Shown piece by piece: positions 10,088 to 23,070 of a stretch of 64,000 bases of DNA. Below the pieces are notes generated by a model. That model had not been told where the DNA came from, did no database searches, and was given only the letters and a program-made list of their open reading frames with translations. A program made the position numbers and the translations under genes. The stretch lies in assembly GCA_011109175.1 (NCBI GenBank), contig RDEW01000001.1:1130360-1194359 (forward strand). The letters run 5' to 3'. How positions within the stretch are numbered: position 1 is the stretch's first letter; each line of letters opens with the position of its first letter. Origin of the DNA: Dicyema japonicum (taxonomy: Eukaryota; Animalia; Dicyemida).

Positions 10088-12633
10088 CAACTAACGATTC
10101 TACAGCTTAACATCAATGGAATCAGAGGAAAAATTCTCGAACTACGCGCTTTTCTAAATAAACAAAATGTATGTGGCATCGATTCAAGAGACCAGATTTA
10201 CGCCTACCTCAACTGCTCTTTTTTTCCCTGGATACAACTGTATCCGTTTGGACCGGTCGAACCGAAAAGGCGGAGGCCTCATGTTCATCATTAAGAATGG
10301 GTTACTCTATACTGACATCACAGATTACCTCAAGTCTTTGACCGAAGATGATGTTACAGAAATAGCAGGTATTTAGATTCCTACTGTCATTGGAAGAGTC
10401 ATCATTGCTAATATTTATGTTCCACCTCTCTTTCCTGCCCGAAGGGACATAACCCAGACCTCTCAAAGTTGAACAACCTAAGGAACCTGATTATTTGTGG
10501 AGATTTAAATGCAAGCACCCAACTTGGCTAAAATCACAACGGGCTGACTCTAGAGGGTGGTCCCTACTTGAACAACTCTCGCCAATGTCGATCCTCAACA
10601 ATCCGAAGACCTATACGAGGACACCTTACAAGGATAATGAATGTTATATTTCTCCAGACCTTACACTTTGCACTACTAACCTAACTTCACCATTTCATGG
10701 TCTGTCGACTATGATTTCAACTCCGATCACAATCTAATCATCATCGGAATCAAGAAAGCCTTTCCTTCCATAGAGAAAACTACGTCATTCTTCAACTATA
10801 AGAACCCAAACTGAAGAGATTATACAACTTCACAGACATAATGCTACAAAACTCGACACCAATTTATTCAAATCTATTGATGGAGCTGTGAAAAACCAGA
10901 ATAACGTGATCTTGCTGAAAAGAAAACTATTTATTCCATGATGTTCCTTTAGGCGGTACAACGATAAACTAGATTGGGAAACTAGAACCCTCGTCAAAGA
11001 AAGGAATCAGCTTAAAAGAAATCTTCCACTTTTCCCGGGAGGAGAATCCAAATCAAGAGCATCAGCGACTCAGTCGCACAGTGGTTGAAATCATCTCAAA
11101 GGAATGAATGAGAAAGTAGAATCAGAAGTCTTTGTAAGCATAAATCTACTTAATACATGTGGAAGACCATTAAAAAGCTCGGACGATATACGAAACCTAA
11201 TAACACAGGCCAGCCAAATGTCCAAGAACTAAACAACCTAATGAAGTTTTATGTCGGAATCAGCCACAAGAAATTCCTGAAAACCAGCCCTTCCTTTACG
11301 ACCACGAAGCCAAAAGGTCTTCTTCATTATATTGCTTATCACATTCCGATATTTGGACTGAAATCAAAAATACAAAATCTTCCCTCTCCTGCGGTCCTGA
11401 TTTGATTCCGGCTGTTCTGCTCAAACATCTTGGTCCAATTGGAATAGAAGCGCTCCGGAACATCTTTAACTTTTCAATAAACCATAACCAAATTCAAGAC
11501 ATTTGGAAACAGTCCAACATACACCAATTCTCAAGCCGGGAAGGCCGAAGACCGCTCTTCGTACAGACCCATTGCACTATTATGCTCATCCTCGAAGCTC
11601 CTGGAAAAACTCGTTCTACGCATCATTTACCCTTCCCTTCCCCTTGCACATCTCCAACGTGGTTTCAGGAGAGACCGATCTACATCAACTTTTCTGCAAA
11701 AACCACATATTGGAAGATTCCTGGACAACGAAAAAATCCCTTTTACGAAGAACCCTATAATTCTGGGGGTCACTTATGATACCCACATTAAGAAGACCAT
11801 TGGAACTTGTCAGAGGAAAATTGGTTTAATCAAAACCATATTTGATGGAATAAAAAAGTCATTCCCTGCTCTCGGTATTCTCTATAAGCAATTCATCGAG
11901 CCGACTATCATTATACCTGTGCATTATGGGGAATTAATCTCTCGTGGACTGACCGTCTTTAAGTTGATAACACCCTATGTTGAGCTGCGACTACCATAAT
12001 GCACATCCCAAAGCTGAACAATATTCTACCCAGTCTTCGACCACTTATCATGCAAAACGGCAAGAGTTTCTTAACCCTTCAGCAGGACCTGTCGTCGACA
12101 GACTGTCATGTGTCAAGCAGTTTCCAGAAGCACATCACATCAGTTGGTCTTTTCAACAAACACTGTCCCCCACCCGTACCGTGACTGTGTGGGTCAGAAG
12201 TCCAACATTGTGAGAAGCTGAGAAAGCTCATCAGGATTGTCGGGATCACCTAATTAATTTCAAGAGACTAACTATTGGTGTTTTTGGGTTAATAATAAGG
12301 CGTGAACTGATATTGATTGGAGTGAGGTTAAATTTATGATAAAATTATTCCAAAATAAATAATTCCAAAGATCAATGGTAAAACCGAACTAACTAATCCC
12401 GTGTTGCTCACGCGTAGAGCTCTTATCTACACAGTGATTGGACATTGTCCGTGAACCTGATGTCGAAGCGAAATAGTCTCCCGTGGAATAAAGAAATGAA
12501 TTTAGGCCAAGCATGTGTTGGGTGGATCAGATGACGTCATTAGAAGTGAGAGAGATCTTCAATCAACTAGGGCAATAAATGACAAATAAATTAAGGAATT
12601 AAGCATTTTAGTACCCAAGGAAGGTTAGAATGA

Positions 12634-14081
12634 TTAATATTTAACATCAGGATAACTTCTTTCCAGTGCCTCAAAGAACTCATTCAAATGATCTCTGCTA
12701 ACTGTCTCAACAACACAATTAATCTGAAAATTGATATTTAAATACTCTAGTTCTGAAAATATCATCCTTAATCCAAGCTCTCTCGTGAAGAATATCCCTT
12801 ATACTGTCCATCAAATATTTAAAAAGTACCTGGCACCATACCTGGCAATAAATTTACAAAGTTCAGATAATCCTCCAACTCTGTCACTCACTGTAAGAGA
12901 AAATTTAGCAAGTCTTCCGTCAATTGCCATACCTCTGTCAATACAGCGACCCACAACTGATGGATCAATGTTTCCACCACAAATGGGGATGACGACACTA
13001 ATTATTTCTATATATTACTTTTTCCCCTTTAATTCAGGAACCAGACCTTCACAAAGGGCTGCTAATCCAATCGCTCCTCCGCCTTCCACAACAAATTTTT
13101 CATTTTCTAGCAATTTAAGAATCGCAAGGGAAATATTTTCTTCACTAAGATTTTTAATAATTAGAATATACGATACACAGAGACTTTTATCCACAAGTTG
13201 TGATGCAATCTTGTATGAGTTTGCTCCAACTTTTGGAACTGCAAGCCCTGATTTGAATTGTAAAAATCAACCATCAGCTAAGGTGGACTTTGATTTTACG
13301 TAAACTGGTTCCCCGTGTTTCAACGCCTCCCTGAAACTCGGACATTTAATCGATTCAACTCCCTATATCATATCAAAAGCTAACGTAAATCAATACGTCT
13401 GGTTTTAATGCTTTGATACTACTGGCGATTCCAGCTATTAAACCGGCACCTCCTACGGGAACCAGCACAGCATCAAGATCTGGGACCTGCTCCATTATTT
13501 CGACCCCCATTGTGCTTTGACCAATTATGATGTTCCAATCATTATATCTATACATCGAGACTTTGACTTACCCATTTATATATGTGTAGTCTTCCTTCTC
13601 AACCAATTCCATAGCATACTCCATTGACTCTGCGATACTCTCTCCACGGATGATGACCTTGGCTCCATATTTTTCACATAAATTTATTTTAATATAAGGA
13701 GCCACAGTTGGCATTACAACAGTCACGTCAATGTTCATTTTTGTTCCGTGATAAGATAATGCCAACGCATGATTACCAGCACTTGCAGTAATCACTCCTT
13801 TTTGTTTTTTCTCCTATTTTATATTCCAGAATTTTTTACATCTGACAACATTTCTAACGTATACCTAGCTCCTCTTTCTTTGAAACTAAGTAATTTGTCA
13901 CTACTAAGGTACCTCCCAGTAAATTGCATAAACTCAAGTTTCAGATAAATGTTCATTCCGTAGTATTCAGATAAGTGCGATTTCTGTGAGATAACAAATT
14001 TTGTCATACAATGCATGGTGTTCTTGAGACATATTCTTTAATCGTATCCACTGCGTGTTGAATCTCCCCTATTGTAATCAT
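12634..14081 (-). CDS. L-threonine/serine dehydratase (PLP fold II) with C-terminal ACT domain; 10 introns of 21-27 nt
   Basis: Spliced: YLKLEFMQFTGSFKERGA, VITASAGNHA, VPVGGAGLIAG, TLADGLAVPKVG, VEGGGAIGLAAL, CGGNID, SDRVGGL; exact start uncertain. Confidence 0.92.
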
Positions 14082-14211
14082 CCACTATCAAACGTAATCC
14101 CATTCTTATAATTTAATTCGTGATAACACGTCGTCAATTCATTCCAATCAATACCCCAAATTTTATCGCCTTTATCTGTATTTTAGGATTTTTCAATTTC
14201 GTTTATCACTT

Positions 14212-14485
14212 TATTATTATTAACCCCGGATACACCGAGAAAGAAGTTAAAGTAACCAACTAATTAAGTGCATCCAGTTTCCACTTCTACAAAAACAGAG
14301 TCCATCCGGAATCAGCATAAAGGGTAAGACGTCCATTACATGCAGTTGTGGAAACCCCTCCAGTGGAGTGGGGGAGAGCAAATGATCCTTTTTCATGCCG
14401 TCCTGGCACTGGGCGTCACCTAGACAGGTGGATCACATGACGCCACTCTATTAGGAAGAGAGAGGAGGAACAGACAAGCAAGCAG
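14212..14485 (-). mobile_element. Non-autonomous Ingi-derived SINE (subfamily A) carrying the HDV-like pseudoknot at 14383-14444
   Basis: Homologous to 38585-38925 and 29912-30095; tail ...CTTTCTCGGTGTATCCGGGG(TTAA)(TAA)n. Confidence 0.8.
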
Positions 14486-14592
14486 TTTATCACTTTATGC
14501 ACGAATGGGTAATTTATTTGACAATAAGCGTGCTTTTTGATATTTATTTAATAAATAAATTTACAAAAGTTCAGATAATCCTCCAACGCTGA

Positions 14593-17410
14593 AACGTGGC
14601 GTCATGTGGTTCACCTTTTGTGGTGGAGCTCGTGTAGTAATACTCAAAAAGAACCATTTGCTCTTCCCCATCCAGACTCCCTATCCCTGGATGGTATGCC
14701 TCAACTGGAAACTCGAGATTTTATTTGATCCCCTGGATTCTATTGCTTTCTGGAGATATTGAACAAAACCCCTTGTTATTATGCAACTCAATCTAACGGA
14801 ATAAAAACAAAGATTCTGGAGTTACGATGTTTATTAACGAAGCACAAGATTGACATCTGTCTAACCCAGGAGTCAAAACTTTCTACAAAGAGTACAACCC
14901 CACTTTTTCGCGGATACATCTCTATCAGAAAAGACCGCATTGTACGTGGTGGCGGCTTACTTACCATTATTAAAAACGGTTTATCCTTCCACGATGTGAG
15001 CTCGCAAGTGGATGATTTAATTCTACACGACAGGAACGCGGAACAAATCTCTATTGATCTTATTAATGGGTCAGAACATCTTATTCTAATAATCATTTAC
15101 ATTCCTCCGCCAGGATCCTGTCCTAATAACTATGTTCCGAAGCTCGACAAAATACAAGAAATTCGAAATGTGTGGAACATCCGCAATGGCTCAGTACCCA
15201 GTCGGCAGACAAGAGGGGGAGTCTAATTATCGACTCTCTCGAAAAAATGGTGATTCTGTATCACCCGAACATCTTCAAGAGAACACCATTCCGAAGAAAT
15301 GACAACTCAACCTCCCCCGACATATCCATTGCTTCCTCTATGATTGCCCCGAGATTTCATAGAACGTCTCCTACGATTTCCATAGTGATCATAATCCGAT
15401 TATATTAAAACTGAGCCGATTCAATAACTCACGTAGAATTAAAGCAACCTTCAAGGTCTACAAGAAAGCTGACTGGTCGAATTTCAAGCTCTTCATTGAC
15501 CATAACCTAATACATTTTGATCCCACCTCATTTTGCTCCATCGACAAAGCAGTGGACCATCTAAACCATGTAATCCTTAAAGCTGAAAAGTTGTTTGTAC
15601 CACGTGCAGTTCACAAATCCTACAAGCCTACTCTGGACTCGGAGACTCGTCTCCTCATCAAACAAAGTAACTCCCTGAAGATGAAATATCTGCAAACCTC
15701 TTCTGATTTGGATAATATAAAAAGCTTAAATCAGAGAATTACAAAGCTCATCAGAGAAAAGTAAGATAGGGCGCGGAACCGCCTATTATCGTCTATTTGA
15801 CATATGAAATCCACGAGTCTTTTATGGAAAACTATTCGTCGAATCAAGCTAAACTTATCAGATGAATCATAATCTTTTTCTGCAGCGAATAGTGTGTAAG
15901 CTAACAACCTAATGAAATATTACGCATCCATAAGTCACAAGGACTTCTCGAAATCCCATTCTTGTCACCTTTAGAATTTATGCTAAACCAACCTCTGGAT
16001 CAATTTATTTACGCATGCCAGGTCACACAGGCTATAAGATCGATGAAGAGATCTTTACGTGTGGTCCATGACGGAAAACACCTTGGTAATGTTGCAATCA
16101 GTTCGATTACGTCAAAATTTAATTTGTCTTCTAACAATAACGTCATCCAATGCAAATGGAAGAACTCACTTATAATTCCCATCCTTAAACCAGGAAAACC
16201 GAAAACCTTACCTTCTTCCTACCGTCCAATTTTATTAACGTGCGCATTATCGCGCCTAATGGAGAAACTCGTACTCTGGAAAATTAAACTGCCCACTTTC
16301 AACATGGTTCCAAATGTGAGCGTTCAACTACGACACATTTGACTTCACTGTTCAATTTGCATCAGAAGGGTTCAACGAAGAGAAACGCCATCTACGGACA
16401 ATAGTGGTCTCCCTGGACATCCAGAAGGCGTTCGATTTTGTCCCGAGAACATTACTCACAGAAAAGGTTTTTGACACCTCCATTCAGCCGGTTTTGAAAA
16501 GATGGATAGCCAATTTTCTCTCCGGAAGAAGAGGAAGTGTCTGTATAGGCCACGCAAGATCGAGGTCCCGTCCCTCAAGGATCGCCCCTCTCTCCGGCGT
16601 TATTCAACTTTGAAAATTTTCAACGATTTACCCTGCCCTGGAGTACCAGATTCAATGCTTCTCACTTGTGCTGACGACCTAATCATCGCTAGCAGGAACA
16701 AATACTTGGGTACAGCTAAAATCAGAGCTTCAGTCACATATTGAAGACCTGAGAGCCTGGTTGAAGTTGAATCGTCTCTCCATATCCAGGGATAAATCAA
16801 CGTATACAATCTTCACCACAGGACAGAAAAGAAAAACATACAATGGATTTGAACATTTATGGAGACTCCTTACCATTACAGATTCGTCCAACTATCATGG
16901 GAGTGACATTTGACCTTTTGATGACATTTTCTCAACATGTGAAGAACGTTATGACAAAGGGTCTCAGGAAACTAAATATAATCAATCCGCTCTTAAAGTC
17001 CAGGCCGTCACGGGAATGCGCTGTCGTCTTGTTCAATAAACTCCCAAAACCACGTAGAGTATGCTTGCCTCATGGGCCTATGGAGCTTCAATATCCAATT
17101 CATTCAAGATCAATTCCCTAATAGGCAAACTTGCACGTCTAACAAATCTACCCCGATCTTTTCCCCCTCAATGCTTGACAACGCCGCAATCAAAAATAAC
17201 AGCTCCGGCTTCATTGGTCTGTGTGGTTAAGAAACAAGTCGTTTTTTTCCATTCAAGGTTAGAGGCCTCAAATACACGAAATTTGGGAAAAAACCACTCT
17301 CTTCAACTCTAATGAAGATGATCGTCGTCTATTCAGGAAAGCCGTTGGTACTCTGGAGGAACATATGAAAACCACTCGATCCTGTTGAGGCGTACCGGGA
17401 TCACTTAATT
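14593..17410 (+). mobile_element. Decayed full-length Ingi/Vingi-like LINE, second subfamily
   Basis: 5' pseudoknot 14598-14656, ILLLSGDIEQNP, CLTQESKL, IIPILKPGK..SYRPI, LDIQKAFD, CADDL, GIT-stop. Confidence 0.85.
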
Positions 17411-17878
17411 ACAGTCCGACCCATTTCGGAGCATTTTTCATTTGGAGTCTATTTTCCATCATTAATTTCCAAATTTAGAAATTTTCTGGAGCCCCAAACC
17501 GGGGCAGTTGCATCAGAAAGACATAATTATTTGATCAAAGTATTTGAATATTCAGAAACTCAGAGAACATAATTTTACAATATCAGATCATTAAAAATAG
17601 GCTTGGGGAATAAAATAAACCTCGCTGTTTCAAAACTTTGATGTTAAGATTTTGGTGTTTTATATTCAGCTTCCAGAAGTGCCATGGATGACTGGGAACA
17701 TTTTGAAAAGCTTGTTGTGCAAGCTAAATGAGAAATTGGTTACTCAGAAAAATTATTATTACTTGATAATGCAGGATGTCATAAAACTATTGAATGCTCC
17801 AATATCGAATTCTTTTTTTGCCTAAAAATACGCCACTAGATATGGGGATCATAAAAATATTCAAAAATTATTACCCAG
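17410..17878 (+). mobile_element. pogo/Tigger DDE transposase remnant
   Basis: LLLDNAGCH...FLPKNT..PLDMGIIKIFKNYY; TACAGT start; a related HTH fragment (FKSSRGWLDKFKK) lies at 24190-24290 (-). Confidence 0.65.
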
Positions 17879-18170
17879 ACGGCTTTCACACGAAGACGCA
17901 TTTACGGACGGCTCTGGTGTCTATAGATATACAGAAGGCCGTTGACTCTGTTTCGAGGACATTCCTAAAAAGATCTTTAATTCAAATTTACATCCGAACA
18001 TCATACTATGACTGGAAAATTTCTTAACTGACCGACGTGGAAGAGTCCGGATCGGTAAAAAACTTCAAATCAAGACTACTCTCAAATTGGTCTTCACAAA
18101 GTTCCTCTTTGTCTCTCCTATTTAAATTATTTCTACACGATTTACCTACCACCAAAGATCAGGACAGTAT
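17875..18170 (+). mobile_element. Ingi-like RT fragment
   Basis: TALVSIDIQKAVDSVSR. Confidence 0.6.
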
Positions 18171-18364
18171 ATTTATCTTGAGTTCAGAGCCTCTTGTAAT
18201 AAGATGATTATCCATCTTCATAGTTCTCAATTTTCATTCCATATCTGTGTTTGACTATCATGCTCTCCAACGTTTTTTTAATCGTTGCGAATGTATGTCC
18301 TTGTGGATACGTCCACGTTTAGTCTTTCCATATATGATTTGAAAGATCTGACTAGGAGGTATTA

Positions 18365-19827
18365 CACTCAATCCCTTAAATGTTGACCCAATTCCCATGT
18401 TGACCCAATTCCCATTAATGTTGACCTAATTCCCATTAATGTTGACCAATTCCCATTAATGTTGACCAATTTCCATAATGTTGACCCAATTCCATAATGT
18501 TGACCCAATTCCATGTTGAAATATATGTTGACCCAATTCCTAAATGTTGACCCAATTCCATAGTAAATAAATGATGTCCAAGTTATATATATAATACACG
18601 AATAAATCTATATTTTAATTTCCCCTATTATGGTATCAACTAATACAGATATGAGAAGTCGCAAGGTTTTTATGAACGAAAGTCTATTTAATCAAATTAA
18701 AAGACTTTACAAAGTTAAAAAAAGAGTTGATTGAGATCACCTCGATCAGTAAAAAGAGTTTGAACAGGTGTATACAAAAGATCGAAAGCTGTGAACTCGA
18801 GGATCCTACTTTCGGTGATCTTTACAAGGACAGTAGGCCGAAAAAAAGAAAGATAAAGAAATGTTGAATGTCGAAATGAGATCTATTTTTGGAAATGACA
18901 ACTCGCTGACAACAAGTTGGTCTTAAAGAAAAACTTTAGTGAATCTTTCTAAGTCTCAAATTTCAAGAGATTTAAAGGAGGCCTGCATCACAAGAAAAAG
19001 ACTCAAGAAAAGTCCGAAGTTAGATTGAGTACAGAAAATTTGGCAGAAAGGGAAGTATTTTCATCAAGAATGTTAGGGTCTATAAATAGGCCGTTATTAT
19101 TTTTGGATGAAACCGGGTTTAATTTGCATACATCAATTAATTATGGGTATTCTCCAATTAATACTGAAGCAGTTTTATACCAGCCTAAGTCCAAAGGGAG
19201 AAACATCTCAATGTGTTCGGTTTATTTCCATAAATGGAAATGAGCATAATATGATATTCGAGGGGTCTTTTAATCGGGAAATTTTTAACCTTTCTAAATC
19301 AAATGTGATGAAAAGGGGAATTTACAAATTCTCCTGTTGTTGTGATGGATAATGTTAGATTTCATCATTGTGATGAAATTAAAGACTTCTTTATTAGGAA
19401 AAGTGTTACAACAGTTTATTTACCTCCTTATTCACCTGACTGAACCCAATTGAAAACTTTTTTTCTTGTGTGAAATCTCGTCTAAATGTAATTAGACCAA
19501 AGCAACTGTAAGAGGAGAATTGCTAACAAATATCGAATTTGTTATGAGTGGTCTCGAAACCGAGGATTTGTCCTCATATTACAACAGTTTTTGGGAAAGG
19601 GTAAATGGAATTAATAACAGATTAATTGAATAAAATACTTTTTTCCTAAATTATTTATTAGTATAATATATATAACTTGGACAGCACATATGGGAATTGG
19701 GTCATCACATATGGGAATTGGGTCAACATTTATAGGAATTGGGTCAACATTAATAGGAATTGGATCATCATTAATGGGAATTGGATCATCATTAATGGGA
19801 ATTGGGTCAACATTATGGGATTGAGTG
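18365..19827 (+). mobile_element. IS630/Tc1-mariner DNA transposon (DD34E), frameshifted transposase, long TIRs with tandem subrepeats, TA TSD
   Basis: TA|CACTCAATCCC...GGGATTGAGTG|TA; FLDETGFNLHT, VMDNVRFHH, YLPPYSPD-NPIE; repeat unit ATGTTGACCCAATTCCC. Confidence 0.92.
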
Positions 19828-20874
19828 TATTAAAAAATATTTGCCACCATCATATAGTCAGATCTTAACTAAATCACAATTCCTCCATCACAGCAGAGTT
19901 AATTGATTCAATTAGCCCACATAAAGGAAATTCGTTGATAAAAATGTATAAAAAACAAAAGAACTAGAGTTACGATTTTTATTCGCTTTATGGGGTCTAT
20001 TTGTCAAAGGACTTTGCCAGAATGGTCTGGAAAAAAACCTTTAACTTTCCTCACTCAGCTGGTTCACTCCTTGAGAATGCCAACACTGCTAAATAAGGAA
20101 AAATTCTTTGCATATAAGCGTACTGCCTAATTTTGGATTGCTTCGTAACATTAGCTGTTCCGTCTCTACCCTGGGACTGTTTGCATAGAATTAGCATGAT
20201 TAATGGTTCTCAATGATAGTTATATCTTTTTTGCTTGTATACGCCTTATAGTGGACTTACTTTTTTAGCAGTCACAAGTCCACATACAAAGAAAGCTCTG
20301 ACGGATATTTTTTTCCTTGATGTCATCAGCAGTAGTGTATTCTAATATAACAAATTGCTCAACCCATCTTAGGATCACTGTTTAAAATAATAGAAATGTA
20401 ATATAGTGGTCTTCACTATTCTACTCTCAGACGAAGTAAGCAATTTTGCTCAAAAAGTCGGTGAAAATAATTCAAATTGTGCTAAATACCTAAATATGGA
20501 CGTATAAGACTTCCATATTTAATACAATGAAGAAACTGAGCGAGCGACTATCAAAACTTTCACATTTTCTAATTGCAAGTTTTATCAGAATAATTTAACT
20601 AAAAGTCAATAAAACGAAAATAATCAGACTTATAGATCTATCAAGAGTCACCTCCATTACCGAGAGTAACTACAATGTCCTCGGTTAACTATGTGACACT
20701 AGACCGAATGGTGGAGTTTAAATATTAAAAAAACACCCCGTTTCTTTTTCTGGGCTGTCATAACCAATATTATCAGCCAACTAACCAGCGAGTCAGTTGG
20801 CCAAGCCAGACGTCTCAATGCAGCGGTAATTCTTCCTTTAGAACCTGCACAAAGCGATGACTTGATTAGATTCA

Positions 20875-21890
20875 TGTTTAAGAAAAGTATCCATACAACC
20901 TAGCACACTTATTGTCTTCTAATACCTCTACAAAACCTCCCGGAAAGCTAAAGGACCCTTTGCAAATTCTACTATCTTCCATACGCAAAACAGTGTCTCT
21001 CGTTGCATTACACCGGATAAAAAACAAAGTAAACAAATTCCTATCTCCCGGCCAAAGTGGATTTCGGACAGGCAGGTCTACAGCCGATGTAGTGTGGGGG
21101 CACAGATGGTATTGGGCTCTATGCAAAAAGTATAAAAAAATCTGTTGAAATACTTGTCATTGATATGTCCGTGCATTCGATTTTGGTACACCGGGGAAAA
21201 CTTATGGAAGTTTCTGGAGAGTTTTCTTCACCCAGACGACGTTTAAAATAATACGCCTTCTCATCAGAACAATCATCTTTCTGTCAAAATTGGCAAATGT
21301 ACCTCCAACTTTTTTCCGACTTCACATCGAGTTCCACAGGAACACCAGGCTTAGAATTTACAAAGCTTATGTCATCCCGGTATTAATCTACAACTCTGGG
21401 ACTTGGGGAATTTCTAAACGGGAAATGGACCATCTTTTACTCTTTCCTTTTGAGCTCAGCTCACGATCAACTGGCCTATGAAGATCTCTAATGCAAACCT
21501 TTATACTAAATGCAAATCCGGCATGCTGTCAGATGATATTTCACATCAAGATGGAGCCTTTTTGGCTACGTGTTACGTCTAAATGACCAGATCCCCGCAA
21601 ATGTCGCAATGGACAACTACTATGCACACACAGGAGCCGGATTCCGCGTAAGACCAAGAACGACACTTCCGACTATCTTGAACGAAGACGGTTGGTATAA
21701 GACTAACTTCGGGCGGACGATCTGGACTAGCAGTTCCTTTAGAACAATCACGATCTGGACTACCTAAGAGAACTAGCGCGCAACAGAGGATCATGGTCGA
21801 GGTTGACGGAGAGGATGATTAGGAATACGGCACAAGGAAAAGTTAACTAATTTATGTTTTCTCGGGAGTGCTTTTTAATAATTTATTTAT
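20875..21890 (+). mobile_element. Decayed RTE-clade LINE, 3' part; its tail recurs at 56945-57075 (-)
   Basis: QSGFRTGRSTADVVWGHRW, IYNSGTW, GFRVRPRTTLP; homologous to 54148-56850. Confidence 0.8.
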
Positions 21891-23070
21891 TTTATTTATT
21901 TAACACCAAGACCACGGTAAAACCAAAACTAACTATCACGTGATCCCGATGCGTTCCACCAAAATCCTCATCCTTTCTCAGTGCTCCTCCCTCGTGCCCA
22001 CACAAGCTCGTACTGGGCGGCTGACTATATTTGCAGGGCCACCTTCCCGCATGCCGGATTTTAGTTTGATGAGGGCCTCCAGACTAGTCAGTCCGGTTCT
22101 GTGTTCGCACAAGTCCACCGCTCCGTGACTCTGAAAGGCTTCTTTTGTACGTCCTCGATTTTCTTGGTATTCGTTCATGATAATGAAGGTCCCCATGAAG
22201 CAAACGCGTATGAGAAAGCATGGTTCAATGTATTGTTTGTATATATTCATCAAGATGGGTGGGTACCAGTCTTCCATATTCCAGATAAACACTTCAATAC
22301 ATTGATTTCTTCTCGCACTTCAGAACAATGTTGGCCACGTGTGGTGACAAACATAATCCAGTGTCACGCCCAGGATCTTCTCACATTTGCTGAAGGGGAT
22401 TTCAACGTTGTCCAATTTTAAAGTGACAGTCTTCTTCCCCAACCTTTTGTCCGAAGTAAACATAGACGTGACCGACTTTCTGGAATTTATCGTGAGTCGG
22501 TTCTTCATTACCCAGGCGTTGAGTCGGTCCATGTTAATTTGTAATCGTCTGTAGCATTTTGGATATCCCGATCACGCGAGGCCAAAACAATGTCGTCCAC
22601 ATATGAGAGTAGAACATCGTTATTGGATTCCGGTGTCGGGAGGTCGGCTAGGTATAAATTGAATAAAGCGAGAGATAAAGGAGACCCTTGGAAGACACCG
22701 TTTGGGAGAAGACGCGAGACTGATTTCAGTCCTCCGAGGGATATACGTCCCCTCCGTCCACTTAAGAAATTTGTTATTCAAAGTTAAGCTTGAAAGTTCT
22801 CTAATGAAGTTGGTTAATTTCTGTAGGTACGTTGATGTAGAACAATCGTTCTTGAATCCGTGTTGAAAATCCTTTTCTGGTAAGACAGCCTTGATTCTCC
22901 CAAGTACAAGCTTCTTCAGGATTTTCGATATGGAACATAACAATGACACAAGGTCTAAATGATGCCGGATCTTCCTTAGGTCTTCCAAGTTTCAGTATAG
23001 GTCGGATGTTGGCTTGCTTCCATAACAAGCGGTATTACATTACAATTAATTGAATAGTTGAAAACCGACG
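21885..23070 (-). mobile_element. Decayed Ingi-like LINE, RT and 3' end
   Basis: WKQANIRPILKLG, FQHGFK, PNGVFQGS, SYVDD, KILGVTLD. Confidence 0.8.

Larger units (their letters stand above)
9906..12300 (+). mobile_element. Decayed Ingi/Vingi-like LINE (duplicate of 1568-4335, RT core deleted)
   Basis: 5' pseudoknot, intact 2A motif, APE motifs; about 480 nt of RT missing near 11690-11710. Confidence 0.85.

Noticed and set aside
12731-13303. 190-aa plus-strand ORF (also 4769-5341)
   Set aside because: Antisense shadow of the intron-containing threonine dehydratase gene
18375-18562. Regular repeats resembling a CRISPR array (also 19688-19820 and ORF 19677-19868)
   Set aside because: No unique spacers; these are subterminal repeats in the IS630/Tc1 TIRs of a eukaryote
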